From contig NC_043000.1 of the NCBI RefSeq assembly GCF_006345805.1, positions 21,204,001-21,268,000 of the forward strand: a stretch of DNA of 64,000 bases. Direction: 5' to 3'. Shown piece by piece: positions 1 to 13,215 of the stretch. Within the stretch, counting starts at the first letter, position 1, and each line of letters begins with the position of its first letter. This stretch comes from Octopus sinensis. Lineage: Eukaryota. Position numbers and translations under genes: made by a program. The notes under the pieces were generated by a model, which was not told the origin of the DNA, made no database searches, and saw only the letters and a list, made by a program, of their open reading frames with translations.

Positions 1-37
1 AAATCTAAGAAAACAATCTGTAATTATCAAGGTACTG

Positions 38-269
38 TTTTACTCTTATACATGTTTCAGTCATTTGACTGCGGTCATGCTAGAGCACCGCCTTTAGTCG
101 AAGACATCGCCCCCCCAGGACTTATTCTTTGTAAACCTAGTACTTATTCTATCGGTCTCTTTTGCTGAACCGCTAAGTTACGGGGACGTAAGGACACCAG
201 CATCGGTTGTCATGCGATGCTGGGGGACAAACACACACACACACACACCCACACACATATATATATATG

Positions 270-329
<60 letters not shown>

Positions 330-372
330 TATAAATGTGCGTGTATATATATATATATATATATAATATATA

Positions 373-407
<35 letters not shown>

Positions 408-575
408 CATATACATATATGCATATATACGACGGGCTTCTTTCAGTTTCCGTCTACCAAATCCACTCACAAGGCTTTGGTCAGCCCGAAACTATAGTAG
501 AAGACACTTGCCCAAGGTGCCACGCCGTGGGACCGAACCCGGAACCATGTGGTTGGTAAGCAAGCTACTTACCAC
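38..575 (-). mobile_element. SINE family A (tRNA-like head, CORE-like ACCTTGGGCAAG motif, internal (TA)n/(TG)n microsatellite, (RTAAAAGA)n tail)
   Basis: Minus strand reads GTGGTAAGTAGCTTGCTTACCAACCACATGGTTCCGGGTTCGGTCCCAC..GGCACCTTGGGCAAGTGTC, then a microsatellite, then the conserved 3' domain GGTGCTCTAGCATGACCGCAGTCAAATGACTGAAAC; more than 10 homologous copies in the window. Confidence 0.85.
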
Positions 576-599
576 TTCTTTAAATATTTTTATCAATTA

Positions 600-2081
600 G
601 CGAAAAATATTTCCAAAGTAGATATTGCTTCTTATACCATCGTATCTTTCGTCTTCTTCGCAGTAAAGAAATATCTAAAAACGTGATCCCAACGGACGAA
701 ATAGAAAAAGCTTTGCCCCGGAGGGTGGCGAGGGAGATGCGTTAGAACAACCACTCCGATTCGCGGAGTTCCCACTTGCAGATAACCATCACCAACCTGA
801 TAGCGGGCGAGCAGGGATGTAATTCGAGGGCCGAGAACGTCGTAGGTCTGCACTGTCACAGGCTCGACCACAAACCTATCGGACAGCGGCCGATAATTTG
901 TTTAAAATCTCAATACGTAATATGTTCTTACTATAACATTAAACAATGTCAATTTTTTAAAGCAGTGGTTCCAAAGCTTTTTCGAGCTACCACCCCCTTG
1001 ACTCCCAGGCCACATTCCTAGCGCCCCACCCCAACTAACCATCACAAACATAGACCTCTTTCTGAAGCAAGACCATAAGGGGAAGACACAAGAGAAGCCC
1101 CAGGAAGGATAAGAGGAGGAAGAAATTGTTCCAGAAAAAGAGGAAGAATGGGGAAAATGGGAAAAAGAAAGAGAAGGAAGAGGAAGAAAACAAGTCTGGC
1201 ACACACAGAACTTCATCCAACAACTACCCAAGGCCCATCCATACCCTCTTTGTCCCACCCTCGCCTTACAGACATCCATCACAAAAACAAAAGAAGAGAT
1301 CACACACACCATGATCCACAAATATCCCCTCTCTATTTTGCATGTGTAATATATGATGATGAGGAGGCGCAATGGCCCAGTGGTTAGGGCAGCGGACTCG
1401 CGGTCGGAAGATTGCGGTTTCGATTCCCAGACCGGGCGTTGTGTGTGCTTATTGAGCGAAAACACCTAAAAGCTCCACGAGGCTCCGGCAGGGGGTGGTT
1501 GTGATCCTTGTTGTACTCTTTCGCCACAACTTTCTCTCACTCTCTCTTCCTATTTCTTGAGTAACGCTGCGATGGACTGGGGGGAACATATACGCCACAG
1601 AAACCGGGAAACCGGGCCCATGAGCCTGGTTAGGCTTGATAAGGGCGAAAGAAAGAAGAAGAATATGTGATGATGACCTGTTTGAAAAGGTAATCAAATG
1701 GGAGAAGACGGTTTTTGTTTATGTAGAGGATGAGGACGAAAATAGTGAGGTGGTGATATTATTAAAGAGAACAGCAAAAGATAGAAATGGAGAGGCACAA
1801 CGGGGATTAGGAACTGTGGAAGGTTGATTTGGACAAGGGAAGGCTTCCACGGAATATAGATTTCAAAGAACTGAAAAAGTATAACATAGACATAATGGAG
1901 AGCAAGAGAAAGGAAGCAAGTGATGTTACTTGATGGGGCAGGTAACACCATTTTCATTTTTACATTTTTCATCTTTCATTGTATCATACGTTTCATTTTA
2001 TTTTATTTTTTTTACAATTGTTGTATGTCCCCAGTGTAATGGATAACTCTCTATGTTGGCCCTTTATGGGTAATAAAAAAA
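600..2081 (+). mobile_element. Heavily decayed Tx1-like LINE remnant (K/E-rich ORF1-like part, ORF2 C-terminus-like part, 3' end with AATAAAAAAA), interrupted by a SINE
   Basis: 1680-1830 resembles the LKRK..IEMER C-terminus of the other Tx1 copies; the 3' end CCCTTTATGGGTAATAAAAAAA resembles the 3' ends at ~5330 and ~43210. Confidence 0.35.
1363..1661 (+). mobile_element. SINE family B, full length
   Basis: tRNA-like head GGCGCAATGGCCCAGTGGTTAGGGCAGCGG..GGTTTCGATTCCC (A/B boxes); (GAA)n tail; 15-bp TSD AATAT(A/G)TGATGATGA at 1348-1362 and 1662-1676. Confidence 0.9.
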
Positions 2082-2257
2082 CAGATCTCAAAATCTAATC
2101 AGTTTGTGCCAGTTACGAGGCCAAAATTCATGAAAGTTTAGCTGTTTTGGAGAGGCTTTTGTGCTTGTTTGGATTGCGTTTTTGTGTCGAGGAGTTGTTA
2201 AAGTTTGTTTGTTGCTGGGAAACTATTTTTTATAATTGTTTGTAAAACAATTATTGT

Positions 2258-3330
2258 GTGTCCCCCTCCCCCCGCAGCGGGGAAGCCTGCGTTAAGGCTT
2301 GTGTTGAGAAGCCAAGAGAAGACAAGAAGAGGTGCATAAGCGAGGAGGAGGTGGAGAAATTGGTTGAAAAACAACTTAGTGATTCCGATGATGAACACCC
2401 GAGATTTAGAAAGAGAATAATGCCAGCTACAGCGAGAAAAAAACATTGAAATACCTAGTACACTAACGAAAGAAAAGACAGAAGAAAATAAAGAAAAGAA
2501 TAAGAAGCTTGACTTCGCCGCTGTCACAGGAGCCAAAATTCAAAAATAAGTCTCAATAATGTGGAACAACGTAAACAAACAATGTCAAGGGAAGTGCACG
2601 AAATTAAAGTGGCCCATCCAAAAAGTATTATTGAGGATCTAGAAAATAAAACGCTCATGTACAAGACGTACAAGGTGAAGAAAAAAAGAACTGACGATGT
2701 GACAGAAGCAGAAATCGAGAAATGCCTAAAGCCAATATGGCAAAAGGTGAAATACATAGCGAGAGGAAAGAAATACGGTACAGTGGAGGTCAGAATGGAG
2801 TCAGAAGAGAAAGCTCGGCTTCATTCTGTCGACCCCTTAAAAGCGGACGAAGTAGTTCTTCTACCCATATACATGGATAGAGGAACGTCCAGAATTACAG
2901 TAAAGAACATTCCCCCAGAGGTGGACCCTGAGTGGCTCGTCGCGGCTGTAACTATGGGTCTTGAAGAAAAAATAACCGTGTTACAGGTCTAAGTGATGGA
3001 GCCACGAAACTGGCACGACCAAAGTATAAGAATAATCATACAAGCAGAACAGACCACACTGGAACAAATCATCGACTGGCGGTGACGGTAGAGGGTCGCC
3101 AATCTCGATGCTTCCAGTGTGGTAAAAAAAAAAGGCCACCTTAGGGTGGACTGTAAAACCAAGGAAACAGAAAAAGAAGGAAGAAACAGAGAAAAAACAA
3201 GTAGCGATTGAACCTGTATCGCAGGAACTACGAACACCAATGCCAGAAAATGGGGAGAGGTGGTCTCTTGTTCTGAACAAGAGGAAAATAAGGCCACCCT
3301 CCCACGAAAAAGAAAGAAGATAAAGCGGAG
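2258..3330 (+). pseudogene. LINE ORF1 (RRM-like nucleic-acid-binding protein), broken
   Basis: ORFs 2258-2449 and 2561-2992 (..RITVKNIPPEV..) lie upstream of the APE-RT ORF2. Confidence 0.6.
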
Positions 3331-3673
3331 ACACGTTTATTGAAAAAAGCTATAAAAAAAACGAAGTTAAAAAAATGAGAACAGTTGCTTTATGGCGGTT
3401 TGCGTCTCGAATAGAGACCTGGTGACCCGCCTAACAACTCTCCATGTAGAAAAAATAGAGACTGAGAACAAAAAGACAGTATATAAATTTATAAAACTAC
3501 TAACAAAATACACAGAATATTAGCTAATGACTTTAGGAAAGATGTTGGCTGCCCCACGCTGGATGTTACCACTAATATATATGGGGACCTCATCACTCCG
3601 ACACCACGAGTCCGAGAGAAAGAAGAAGTGGATCCTCCCCACCTCCTGACACTAATTAAAAAGGTAAGTCTCT

Positions 3674-5256
3674 ATGGCTGTTCACGTAGGATGCATAAAT
3701 GTGCGTGGCCTGGCGTCGAGCTGGAAACAAGGGCGTTTCCTAAATGACGTCAGGTCACAAAGCTTAGATGTTATTGTTGCTACTGAAACTCGGTTAAAAG
3801 AGCCGAGAGATCTGCTTCCGCTCCTGAAAGGCTACGAGAAATTCAGTTCACCAGGCCGGGTTTCAGAGAAAAAATTAATTTTTTTCTGATCCAGAAGGTA
3901 GGCTGGTCGTCTTAGACCTGATGTTCAGTTATGGTAAGGAAATCAGGCTAGTCGCTGTTTATGCACCTAAGTCGAGTCAGACTGATTATTACCGAGAGTT
4001 GGAGAAGTTTCTTGGGATATCACGTTCACTAGTCGTGTTAGGAGACTTTAACCCTATTCTCGATGCATACGTGGATAGTGTTGGTTCTAATTATGATAGG
4101 AGACCTAAAGCATTTGATAGGGTAAATCATCGGTAACTGTTTTACGTACATCCGCAGTTCGGACTGGGTCTTGGTTTCCTCAGGTGGATCATACAGTTGT
4201 ACGACAATATCGACTTTTGTACGTGATGGCCCTTGAGCCATTACTACGAAATCTGAGCGGCATCCCGACGAATCCAGGGGGTGGAGGATCGGTTACAACG
4301 TACGCGGATGACATCTCTATGATCGTGACCAAGATGGAATACCTACAGAAAGTAGGCGAAAGCATTAAGGTTTACGAGACGGTGGCAGGAGCAAAATTAA
4401 CCGGAAAAAGTCAGTCGGCTTGCAACTCGGCTCCTGGAGGAGCAAGTCGATGCCTTCGAATAGCGCCGGGTAATGCCAGCAGTTTCGGTACCACTGCGGC
4501 TTACTATAGAAGGTTGTTAGAGGCAGGAAATGATGATGCCCGGGGAAGGACCCTGGGTCTCGATGATAATCAGTTAGACAGCCTGTTCCGAAGAACATTC
4601 GGCCGAAGACACTGGATAACTTCTAAATGTCTTTGGCCTGGCAATGTTGCCGAGGAGCCCTACCCGTTCAGGATAAGCTCATCAGACACGGATATCGCGG
4701 GTCGTCAGCCTGTCCAAGATGCGAGCGGGACGTGGAAACTGTCCTGCACGCTATTGTTCAGGGTCCGGGAATTTCAGAAGTGTGGGTTTATGTATAACAC
4801 CTGTTGTCAAATGGAAGAAGAGTACAGCTATCGCCTGAGTCAATTCTAAAAATTAACCCGACGGATTTCCTTACGGAAGAAGGTAAGAATTGTTTTCTCG
4901 TAGTAGTAGCAATTGCGCAAGAGATGATATGGAAGTCAATGATGAAAGGGATTGAGACAGACAGCTTCGTTTCCGGCCTCGCCCTGGTGAATCTTTTTAC
5001 CTTTCACCTTAAAAGGAAAGTGGGGCTGGAAAGAAGGTGCATGTCAAAGCGTGTATTCAATAAACGATGGACGCGTGTGGCACGTATGTTGGGAGTGAAA
5101 GGCCCTGCGGGAACACGTCAGAAAGATTACCAAGGTGTGGGTATTATAGACAGGACTTGTGGGCTCGGAGCTTACCTGCTTTTAATATCTCATTGCGTTA
5201 TTTTTGTATATGTAAATGATTTTTGTGTCCCATTCGTTAATCATCTGTCATTCTAG
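3674..5256 (+). pseudogene. LINE ORF2 (APE endonuclease-reverse transcriptase), broken, about 1.3 kb deleted
   Basis: APE motifs GCINVRG, ETRL, GDFN; RT motifs KAFDRV and YADD; the EN segment joins RT directly near 4105. Confidence 0.85.
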
Positions 5257-6003
5257 ATTTTTAAAACCATGCGATTGAATATGACCCCGTTCATATCGTG
5301 TTGTCCCCCTCTTTGTGCGCTTGTATGGGCAATAATAAAACCAAACACCCCTAAATGTTTCATTCGAATCCATCCTGCAGTTCTTGAGATACCTTGTCCA
5401 CGGACAGACAAACAAACAAACACGATTGAAAACAATACCCCTGCCTTAGCGAAGGCGGAGGTAATAACGGAATATTTATTGATGAGAGGGTAAAATACCT
5501 ATTGACTGGGACATTAAGTCTCGTTCGATGGTCTGATAAGACTTTTAAGCTATAGACATTTAAGCTATGTGTATGTAACTGTACATTACATGAATATTAC
5601 ATGAATATAATAAGTAAACTACTTCAATATAAAACCTATCTTAACCAACTCCCACTACTCTCTGTGTCTCTCCCTCCCTCATTCTCTCTCTTTCGCTGCC
5701 TTCGTTATGTTAAATATCTGTTATACTTATTCCTCATGTAAATTCATTATATTTAGAAATTTGCTTGAAATTCTATTCTAGTCAAATAAATTACTTTAAA
5801 ATACCATTAGTTTCTCTTTATTTCATAATCAAAATTCTACATTTTAATCCCAGATTCCATTCTGATATCTTCGTTAACTACCTATAATGTTTGTGCTGAG
5901 ATATTTCGACAATCCTATTAGGGTTCGCGGATTCGAATCTCAGACCACACAGTCACTCCTGCGCCTAACTATAATTATATTTCACCCTTTATCTGTGTAT
6001 GTG

Positions 6004-6056
<53 letters not shown>

Positions 6057-6274
6057 TCACAGGAGAAAGTTTGAAAAAGGAAGTCGACCTCAAGGCCTTT
6101 ATAGCATTTATAGATACAAGGTCTAACGTTTTGAGGGGAGGGGGTCTAGTCGATTACATCGACTCCAGTGCTCAACTGGAATTTTTTTTAGTCGAAAAGA
6201 TGAAAGGAAAAGTCGCCCTCCACGGAAGTAATATATAATATATATATATATTACTACTACTACTACCACTACTG

Positions 6275-6322
<48 letters not shown>

Positions 6323-6401
6323 TTACTGCTACTACTATTACTGCTATATATATGTATAATATATATATATGTATATGTATATATGTATATATGTATATAT
6401 G

Positions 6402-6444
<43 letters not shown>

Positions 6445-6447
<3 letters not shown>

Positions 6448-6571
6448 ATATATAAAGTTAATCCAAACAAGAAAACAAAAACAAAAAGACAAATAAAGTA
6501 TTATTGGACGCTCAGGAAAGAAGGGAAGAAGGAGGGTTTGACGTTTCGAGCGGAGCTCTTCGTCGGAAACA
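6445..6571 (-). mobile_element. Small PLE-type non-autonomous element (family P1) inside (AT)n
   Basis: Reverse complement of 11230-11368, homologous to 52430-52590; (AT)n on both sides; carries an HHR-like motif. Confidence 0.65.
6536..6570 (-). ncRNA. Minimal type I hammerhead-like motif (U4C core, zero-loop stem III)
   Basis: GTTT-CCGACGA-A-GAGC(TCC)GCTC-GAAAC-GTC-AAAC: stem I GTTT/AAAC, stem II GAGC/GCTC. Confidence 0.5.
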
Positions 6572-6581
6572 TATATATATA

Positions 6582-7136
<555 letters not shown>

Positions 7137-7200
7137 TTCCTCTATTTACATAATATTGAGGTCTCTTTCTTTCTTTTGTTATCTTACTGTTTTTACCAAT

Positions 7201-7253
<53 letters not shown>

Positions 7254-7345
7254 ATATTATATTATATATAATATATATATAGTTACAGAGATGTACTTGC
7301 ATAGCAAGTGACTTGATCTGAGATCGTGTGCTGGAACGAAAACAG

Positions 7346-7604
7346 TTGCAGCGTTGAAGGTGTTTATAAGCCATTTAAGAAACACACAAAAACCGTTAGA
7401 TTCACTTCAACATTTAAATTTAATTTGTCAAAATATTTTCGTCGCTTTGAGACCGCGACCTGTTAGCACGATATTTTTGTCAGTGAACAGGTCGCGGTCT
7501 CAAAGCGAGGAAAATATTTTGGCAAATTAAATTTAAATGTTGAAGTGAATCTAACGGTTTTTGTGTGTTTCTTAAATGGCTTACAAACACCTTCCACGCT
7601 GCAA
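7346..7604. repeat. Long fold-back palindrome (119-bp arms 7346-7464 and 7486-7604, 21-nt loop), PLE-type terminus
   Basis: Arms are near-perfect reverse complements (about 5 mismatches). Confidence 0.95.
7476..7526 (+). ncRNA. Type I hammerhead motif with compensatory G3-C8 core
   Basis: TTTGTCA-GTGAACA-G-GTCGC(GGTCTCAAA)GCGA[G; C in left arm]-GAAA-ATAT-TT-TG[G; A in left arm]CAAA: 7-bp stem I; 5-bp stem II in the two-arm consensus. Confidence 0.55.
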
Positions 7605-7620
7605 TATATATATACACATA

Positions 7621-7651
<31 letters not shown>

Positions 7652-7689
7652 GTGTATATGTGTATGCATGTATGTGTGTGTGTGTGTGC

Positions 7690-7908
7690 GTGTCTGTGCT
7701 TGTGATTGTCCTCCACCACTGCTTGACAACGAATGTTGGTTTGTTTACATCCCCGTCACCTAGTGGTTTGACAAAGGAAACAGATAGAATAAGTACAATG
7801 CTTACAAAAATAAAACTGGAGTTGATTCATTAAACTACAATTCTTCAAGGCATTGCCCCAGCATGGCCACAGACCAATGGCTGGAAAAAGCGGAAGAATA
7901 AAAGAATA
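7690..7908 (+). mobile_element. SINE family A, diverged 3' half
   Basis: GCTTGACAACGAATGTTGG..CCAGCATGGCCACAG..AATAAAAGAATA. Confidence 0.7.
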
Positions 7909-7954
7909 CATTCTCTTGCTTTGGTCTTATGTTCAAGCATGAGAAAGCTGTGTT

Positions 7955-8260
7955 TACATGAGAAGGCCTAACAGACCTGGTACAAACAGCAGCCAAATCT
8001 CCCTCAAATCACACCTTACTGTCTTATGTATGTATATATATGAGCCAATGAGGGGGACCTCTACATGGTAGCTAGACCTTGTAGAAATAGCAGCCAAATT
8101 TCCCCCAAATCACACCTTACTGTCTTATCTATGTATATATGTATGTATGAGCCTATGGGGGAGGGACCCCTACATGGCAGCTAGACATGGTAGAAATAGC
8201 AGCCAAATCTCCCTCAAATCACACCTTACTGTCTTATGTATGTATATATATATATATACA
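7955..8260 (+). repeat. Tandem repeat, about 108-bp unit x3
   Basis: Unit core GAAATAGCAGCCAAATCTCCCTCAAATCACACCTTACTGTCTTATGTATG; units start at 7955, 8062 and 8171. Confidence 0.9.
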
Positions 8261-8760
8261 AGCCACTACGGTTATTTAATGTAAAGTCTTCCTCAAATCA
8301 CTCTCGCTATTTACTCTCTTCAAGAACATTTTCACTCACTCTTATCTCTTAGCTTGCCATACATTTTACTCATGTATCTATCAGCGTGATAGACAGAAAC
8401 AAATATTACATCGCCATCGCCATCGCATTCTATTGTCTACCTGTCAACACACACACAGTGAATTACTTTCATTTTATTCGTTGCACACTGTGTGTGTGCG
8501 TGTGCGTGTGGTGTAAACCACATTAAGAAAAGCATTTGACATACACACCAGAATGTGAGTTTTCTGTAAATTTTGCTTAATTGGAGTTTAGATTTAAAAA
8601 ACTGGACCTGGCATGACCCGATGCATTCTACTCTTAAAAATGCTAGGTAAATTGTAATTGAAGAAATCCTATATTGTAGATTTCTATAACTGACAAAGGG
8701 AGGCAGATAAAATCTGCCTTTTATAATAAGAGATATATATACATATATATATACATATAT

Positions 8761-8817
8761 ATGTTTGTTTTCCAGTTTCAGCTCTTGAGCTGTGGCCATG
8801 CTGGGGCACCGCCATAT

Positions 8818-8872
<55 letters not shown>

Positions 8873-8928
8873 ATGTATATATATATATATATATTATATA
8901 TATATATAATATATATATATATAGATAG

Positions 8929-9015
<87 letters not shown>

Positions 9016-9444
9016 GAAAGTTGGTTTGTGAAAGCACGTTGTTGAATATATAGAAAATAGTAAAAAGTGAAAAAACTACAGAAGGCTTAAAGGTTAAAAA
9101 ATATATATATTTGCGTCAATATGTCTAAAGAATATTAAAAAAATTTTTTTCCTTACAAGAAGAAAGACCGGTTTCGCGTTTAGCTTTTCAAATTTCATAA
9201 CGTCGTAAGAAATTTGAATAGCTAGACGCGAAACCGGTCTTTCTTCTAAGGAAGTCGACCTCAAGGCCTTTATAGCATTTATAGATACAAGGTCTAACGT
9301 TTTGAGGGGAGGGGGTCTAGTCGATTACATCGACTCCAGTGCTCAGCTGGTACTTTTTTAGTCGAAAAGATGAAAGGAAAAGTCGCCCTCCACGGAAGTA
9401 TATATATATATATATTACTACTACTACTACCACTACTGCTGCTG

Positions 9445-9484
<40 letters not shown>

Positions 9485-9511
9485 CACTATTACTGCTACT
9501 ACTATTACTGC

Positions 9512-9545
<34 letters not shown>

Positions 9546-9623
9546 TGTATATGTATATATGTATATATATATATGTATGTATATATATATATATATATAT
9601 ATAATACATATATATATACATAC

Positions 9624-9673
<50 letters not shown>

Positions 9674-9793
9674 TATATATATATGTATGTATATATATAT
9701 GTTTGTTTTCCAGTTTCAGCTCTTGAGCTGTGGCCATGCTGGGGCACCGCCATATATATATTTATATATATGTGTGTGTATATATATATATAT

Positions 9794-9873
<80 letters not shown>

Positions 9874-10491
9874 GAAAGTTGGTTTGTGAAAGCACGTGGT
9901 TGAATATATAGAAAATAGTAAAAAGTGAAAAAACTACAGAAGGCTTAAAGGTTAAAAATATATATATATTTGCGTCAATATGTCTGAAGAATATTAAAAA
10001 TTTTTTTTCCTTACAATGACATAGTTTAGAAGAAAGACCGGTTTCGCGTTTAGCTTTTCAAATTTCATAACGTCGTAAGAAATTTGAATAGCTAGACGCG
10101 AAACCGGTCTTTCTTCTAAGGAAGTCGACCTCAAGGCCTTTATAGCATTTATAGATACAAGGTCTAACGTTTTGAGGGGAGGGGGTCTAGTCGATTACAT
10201 CGACTCCAGTGCTCAGCTGGTACTTTTTTAGTCGAAAAGATGAAAGGAAAAGTCGCCCTCCACGGAAAGTAATATATATATATATTACTACTAATACTAC
10301 CACTACTGCTGCTGCTACTACTACTACTACTACTATACTACTACTACTACTACACTATTACTGCTACTACTATATGCTATATATATATATATGTATATAT
10401 AATATATATGTATATGTATATATGTATATATATAATATAGTATGTATATATTATATATATAATATATATACATACACATATATATACATAC

Positions 10492-10538
<47 letters not shown>

Positions 10539-10661
10539 ATATATATATATGTATGTATATATATATGTTTGTTTTCCAGTTTCAGCTCTTGAGCTGTGGC
10601 CATGCTGGGGCACCGCCATATATATATTTATATATATGTGGTGATATATATATATATATAT

Positions 10662-10706
<45 letters not shown>

Positions 10707-10985
10707 AGTAGATAGAAGATAGATAGATAGATAGATAGATAAGAAAGTTGGTTTGTGAAAGCACGTGGTTGAATATATAGAAAATAGTAAAAAGTGAAAA
10801 AACTACAGAAGGCTTAAAGGTTAAAAATATATATATTTGCGTCAATATGTCTGAAGAATATTAAAAAATTTTTTTCCTTACAATGACATAGTTTAGAAGA
10901 AGACCGGTTTCGCGTTTAGCTTTTCAAATTTCATAACGTCGTAAGAAATTTGAAAAGCTAAACGCGAAACCGGTCTTTCTTCTAA
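8761..10985 (+). repeat. Tandem duplication of a ~0.9-kb composite unit (x2.5): SINE-A tail + (TA)n + (GATA)n + PLE hairpin + SINE-C fragment + (TAC)n + (TA)n
   Basis: Units start at 8761, 9699 and 10565 with near-identical unique parts; the second half of the unit also occurs at 6079-6420. Confidence 0.9.
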
Positions 10986-11097
10986 ACTATGTCATTGTAA
11001 GGAAAGAAAAATGTTAATATTCTTCAGACATATGACGCAAGTATATATATTTTTTAACCTTTAAGCCTTCTGTAGTTTTTTCACTTTTTACTATTTT
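10781..11097. repeat. Fold-back palindrome, about 150-bp arms, loop ATAACGTCGTAA (10933-10944); shorter versions at 9158-9247 and 10026-10119
   Basis: Direct inspection of reverse-complementary arms. Confidence 0.9.
10943..10981 (+). ncRNA. Minimal hammerhead-like motif with compensatory U3-A8 core
   Basis: AAGAAA-(T)-TTGAAAA-GC(TAAAC)GC-GAAA-CCGG-TC-TTTCTT; also present on the minus strand in the left arms of all three hairpins; stem II is only 2 bp and one U is bulged. Confidence 0.45.
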
Positions 11098-11104
11098 ATA
11101 TATA

Positions 11105-11195
<91 letters not shown>

Positions 11196-11229
11196 ATATA
11201 TACATATATATGTATATATATATATATAT

Positions 11230-11264
11230 GTTTCCGACGAAGAGCTCCGCTCGAAACGTCAAAC
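11230..11264 (+). ncRNA. Minimal hammerhead-like motif, family P1 (U4C)
   Basis: Identical to the reverse complement of 6536-6570. Confidence 0.5.
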
Positions 11265-11363
11265 CCTCCTTCTTCCCTTCTTTCCTGAGCGTCCAATAAT
11301 ACTTTATTTGTTCCACGTTCTTGCGTTGTTGTTTTTTTGTTTTTGTTTTCTTGTTTGGATTAA

Positions 11364-11410
<47 letters not shown>

Positions 11411-11427
11411 ATACATATATATATATA

Positions 11428-11472
11428 TAGCAGTAATAGTAGTAGCAGTAATAGTAGTAGTAGTAGCAGTAT

Positions 11473-11508
<36 letters not shown>

Positions 11509-11682
11509 CAGCAGCAGCAGCAGCAGCAGTAGTGGTAGTAGTAGCAGTAATAGCAGTCGTAGTAGTAATAGTAGTGGTAGTAGTAGTAGCAGCAGCAGCA
11601 CCAGTAGTAGTAGTAGTAAAAGCAGTAATAGCAGTCGTAGGAGTAATTGTAGTGGTAGTAGTAGTGGCAGCAGCAGCAGCAT

Positions 11683-11720
<38 letters not shown>
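11428..11720 (+). repeat. Compound (TAG)n/(CAG)n trinucleotide microsatellite; its start is an inverted copy of the (TAC)n block at 6251-6345
   Basis: Direct inspection. Confidence 0.95.
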
Positions 11721-11721
<1 letters not shown>

Positions 11722-12514
11722 ATTTGTATCCAACCAGTAAAAATTAATGTGATCCAGAGATTCGTGAGTTTTATTGACTTTTATGAAATTGTTCTCCGTT
11801 GCTTGAATTTTTGTTGATGTTCTTTTTATTGTCGTGACTGGTCTTGCTGCTGTTGCTGCTGGTCCTACTGTTTAGAACTAAGTCGGCCTCGTGGCTGAAA
11901 CAAATAAAAGAATTGCGAGTCTTTATTGAGCAAAAACACCTAAGCTCCACGAGTTTCCGGTGTGGAGTAATGGTGATCCCCGCCGTACTCTTTTACCACA
12001 ACTTTCTCTCACTTTTCTTCCTACTTCAGCCACAAAGCAGAGGAACCATGGTGTAACCCACTATGGTGTGGTAAACTTTCAGACCCTAGTCTAGATTGCG
12101 AATCCTCTGTACCCCAGGATGGTTCGGCTCTCCATCCGTTAAAAGCGACCGTTTAGGGAATGGGGATAACAACGTAGCTTTCGCGCCCGTGCAACCGCCA
12201 ATCTATCGCGTGTGGTGGGTGGATCTTCAAGTTACCACACGCATTCTTTGTAGCTTAGAGTAGGCTCGAATTAGAGATCATTCTTTGTGGCTAATGGCGT
12301 GAGTCCTGATTGGAAGAAGAACAACAGTAACAACAACCAACAAAAACAATAACAGCCCTCAGAGTGACATAGACATATAACTGCCTTCTTGACACCATTT
12401 CAGTTAATGAAGGAGATAACTCCGAAGGAAAATGGTTGATTAGTAGTCTACTGACCTTCAAAATCCGAAAGTTGGAGTGTAAACGAATGGGTTTTCACTT
12501 AGTCGCTCTACCTG

Positions 12515-12801
12515 TTGTTTTTTCCTTCTCAAGCCATGCCTGGCTCATAAGGCCGGTTTCCCGGTTTCCTTGGCGTATAGGTTCTCCACCTGGACGGGAC
12601 GCCGGTCCGTCGCAGGTGAGCTGTAAGAGGAAAGAAAGTTGTGGTGAAAGAGTCAGCAGAGTTCGCCATTACCTTCTGCCGGAGCCGCGTGGAGCTTAGG
12701 TGTTTCGCTCATAAACACACACATTGCCCGGTCTGAGATTCGAACCCGCGATCTTTCGACCGCGAGTCCGCTGCTCTAACCACTAGGCCATGTGCCTCCA
12801 C
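12515..12801 (-). mobile_element. SINE family B, full length, diverged
   Basis: 14-bp TSD AGTCGCTCTACCTG at 12501-12514 and 12802-12815; a further B fragment lies at 11912-12022 (+). Confidence 0.85.
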
Positions 12802-13010
12802 AGTCGCTCTACCTGACGGAAACAGCAGCTAAATCTTCTTTGAACCATACCTTAGAATCATAAAAATGAATTGATGAATTGGTTAAAATAGATCTTGAGT
12901 AACACGTTCGGTAAAGAGCGAGAACACAGTAGGTGCGGATGATAAGGAATTGAAAACTTTGGTTAACAGGTCTGCACAATTAGAGCCGATCTAAGGTTAA
13001 ATAATGGATT

Positions 13011-13215
13011 CAAATTTTGGCAGAAAGATCAGCAAATTTGGCGGGCGGGTTGGATGGGTTAAGTTACATCGACCCCCAGTACTTATTTTATCGACCTGGA
13101 AAAGATGATAGGCAGAATAGATCTCGGCGAAATTTTAACTCAGAACGAACGAAAAAGTCATAATAAATGCCACTAAGCATTTTGTTCGTCACACTAATGA
13201 TTCTGCCGGCTCGTC
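13011..13215 (-). mobile_element. SINE family C (core GCCTTTCATCCTTTCGGGGTCGATAAA), diverged
   Basis: Homologous to the copies at 15510-16190, 28230-28611 and 52001-52225. Confidence 0.7.

Larger units (their letters stand above)
2255..5345 (+). mobile_element. Tx1-like non-LTR retrotransposon (LINE), internally deleted and frameshifted
   Basis: ORF1 fragments 2258-2992; APE start MAVHVGCINVRGL at 3674; VAVYAP..VLGDFN; RT KAFDRVNHR and TTYADD; C-terminus HLKRKVGLER..W; AATAAAA at ~5334. Confidence 0.85.

Noticed and set aside
963-1030. hAT-like terminus CAGTGGTTCCAAAGCTTTTT
   Set aside because: No matching opposite TIR or 8-bp TSD was found
1366-1435. tRNA-like sequences at SINE heads (also 18095, 49347, 15510 and others)
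   Set aside because: No complete cloverleaf; they continue into SINE bodies with tails and TSDs, so they are not tRNA genes
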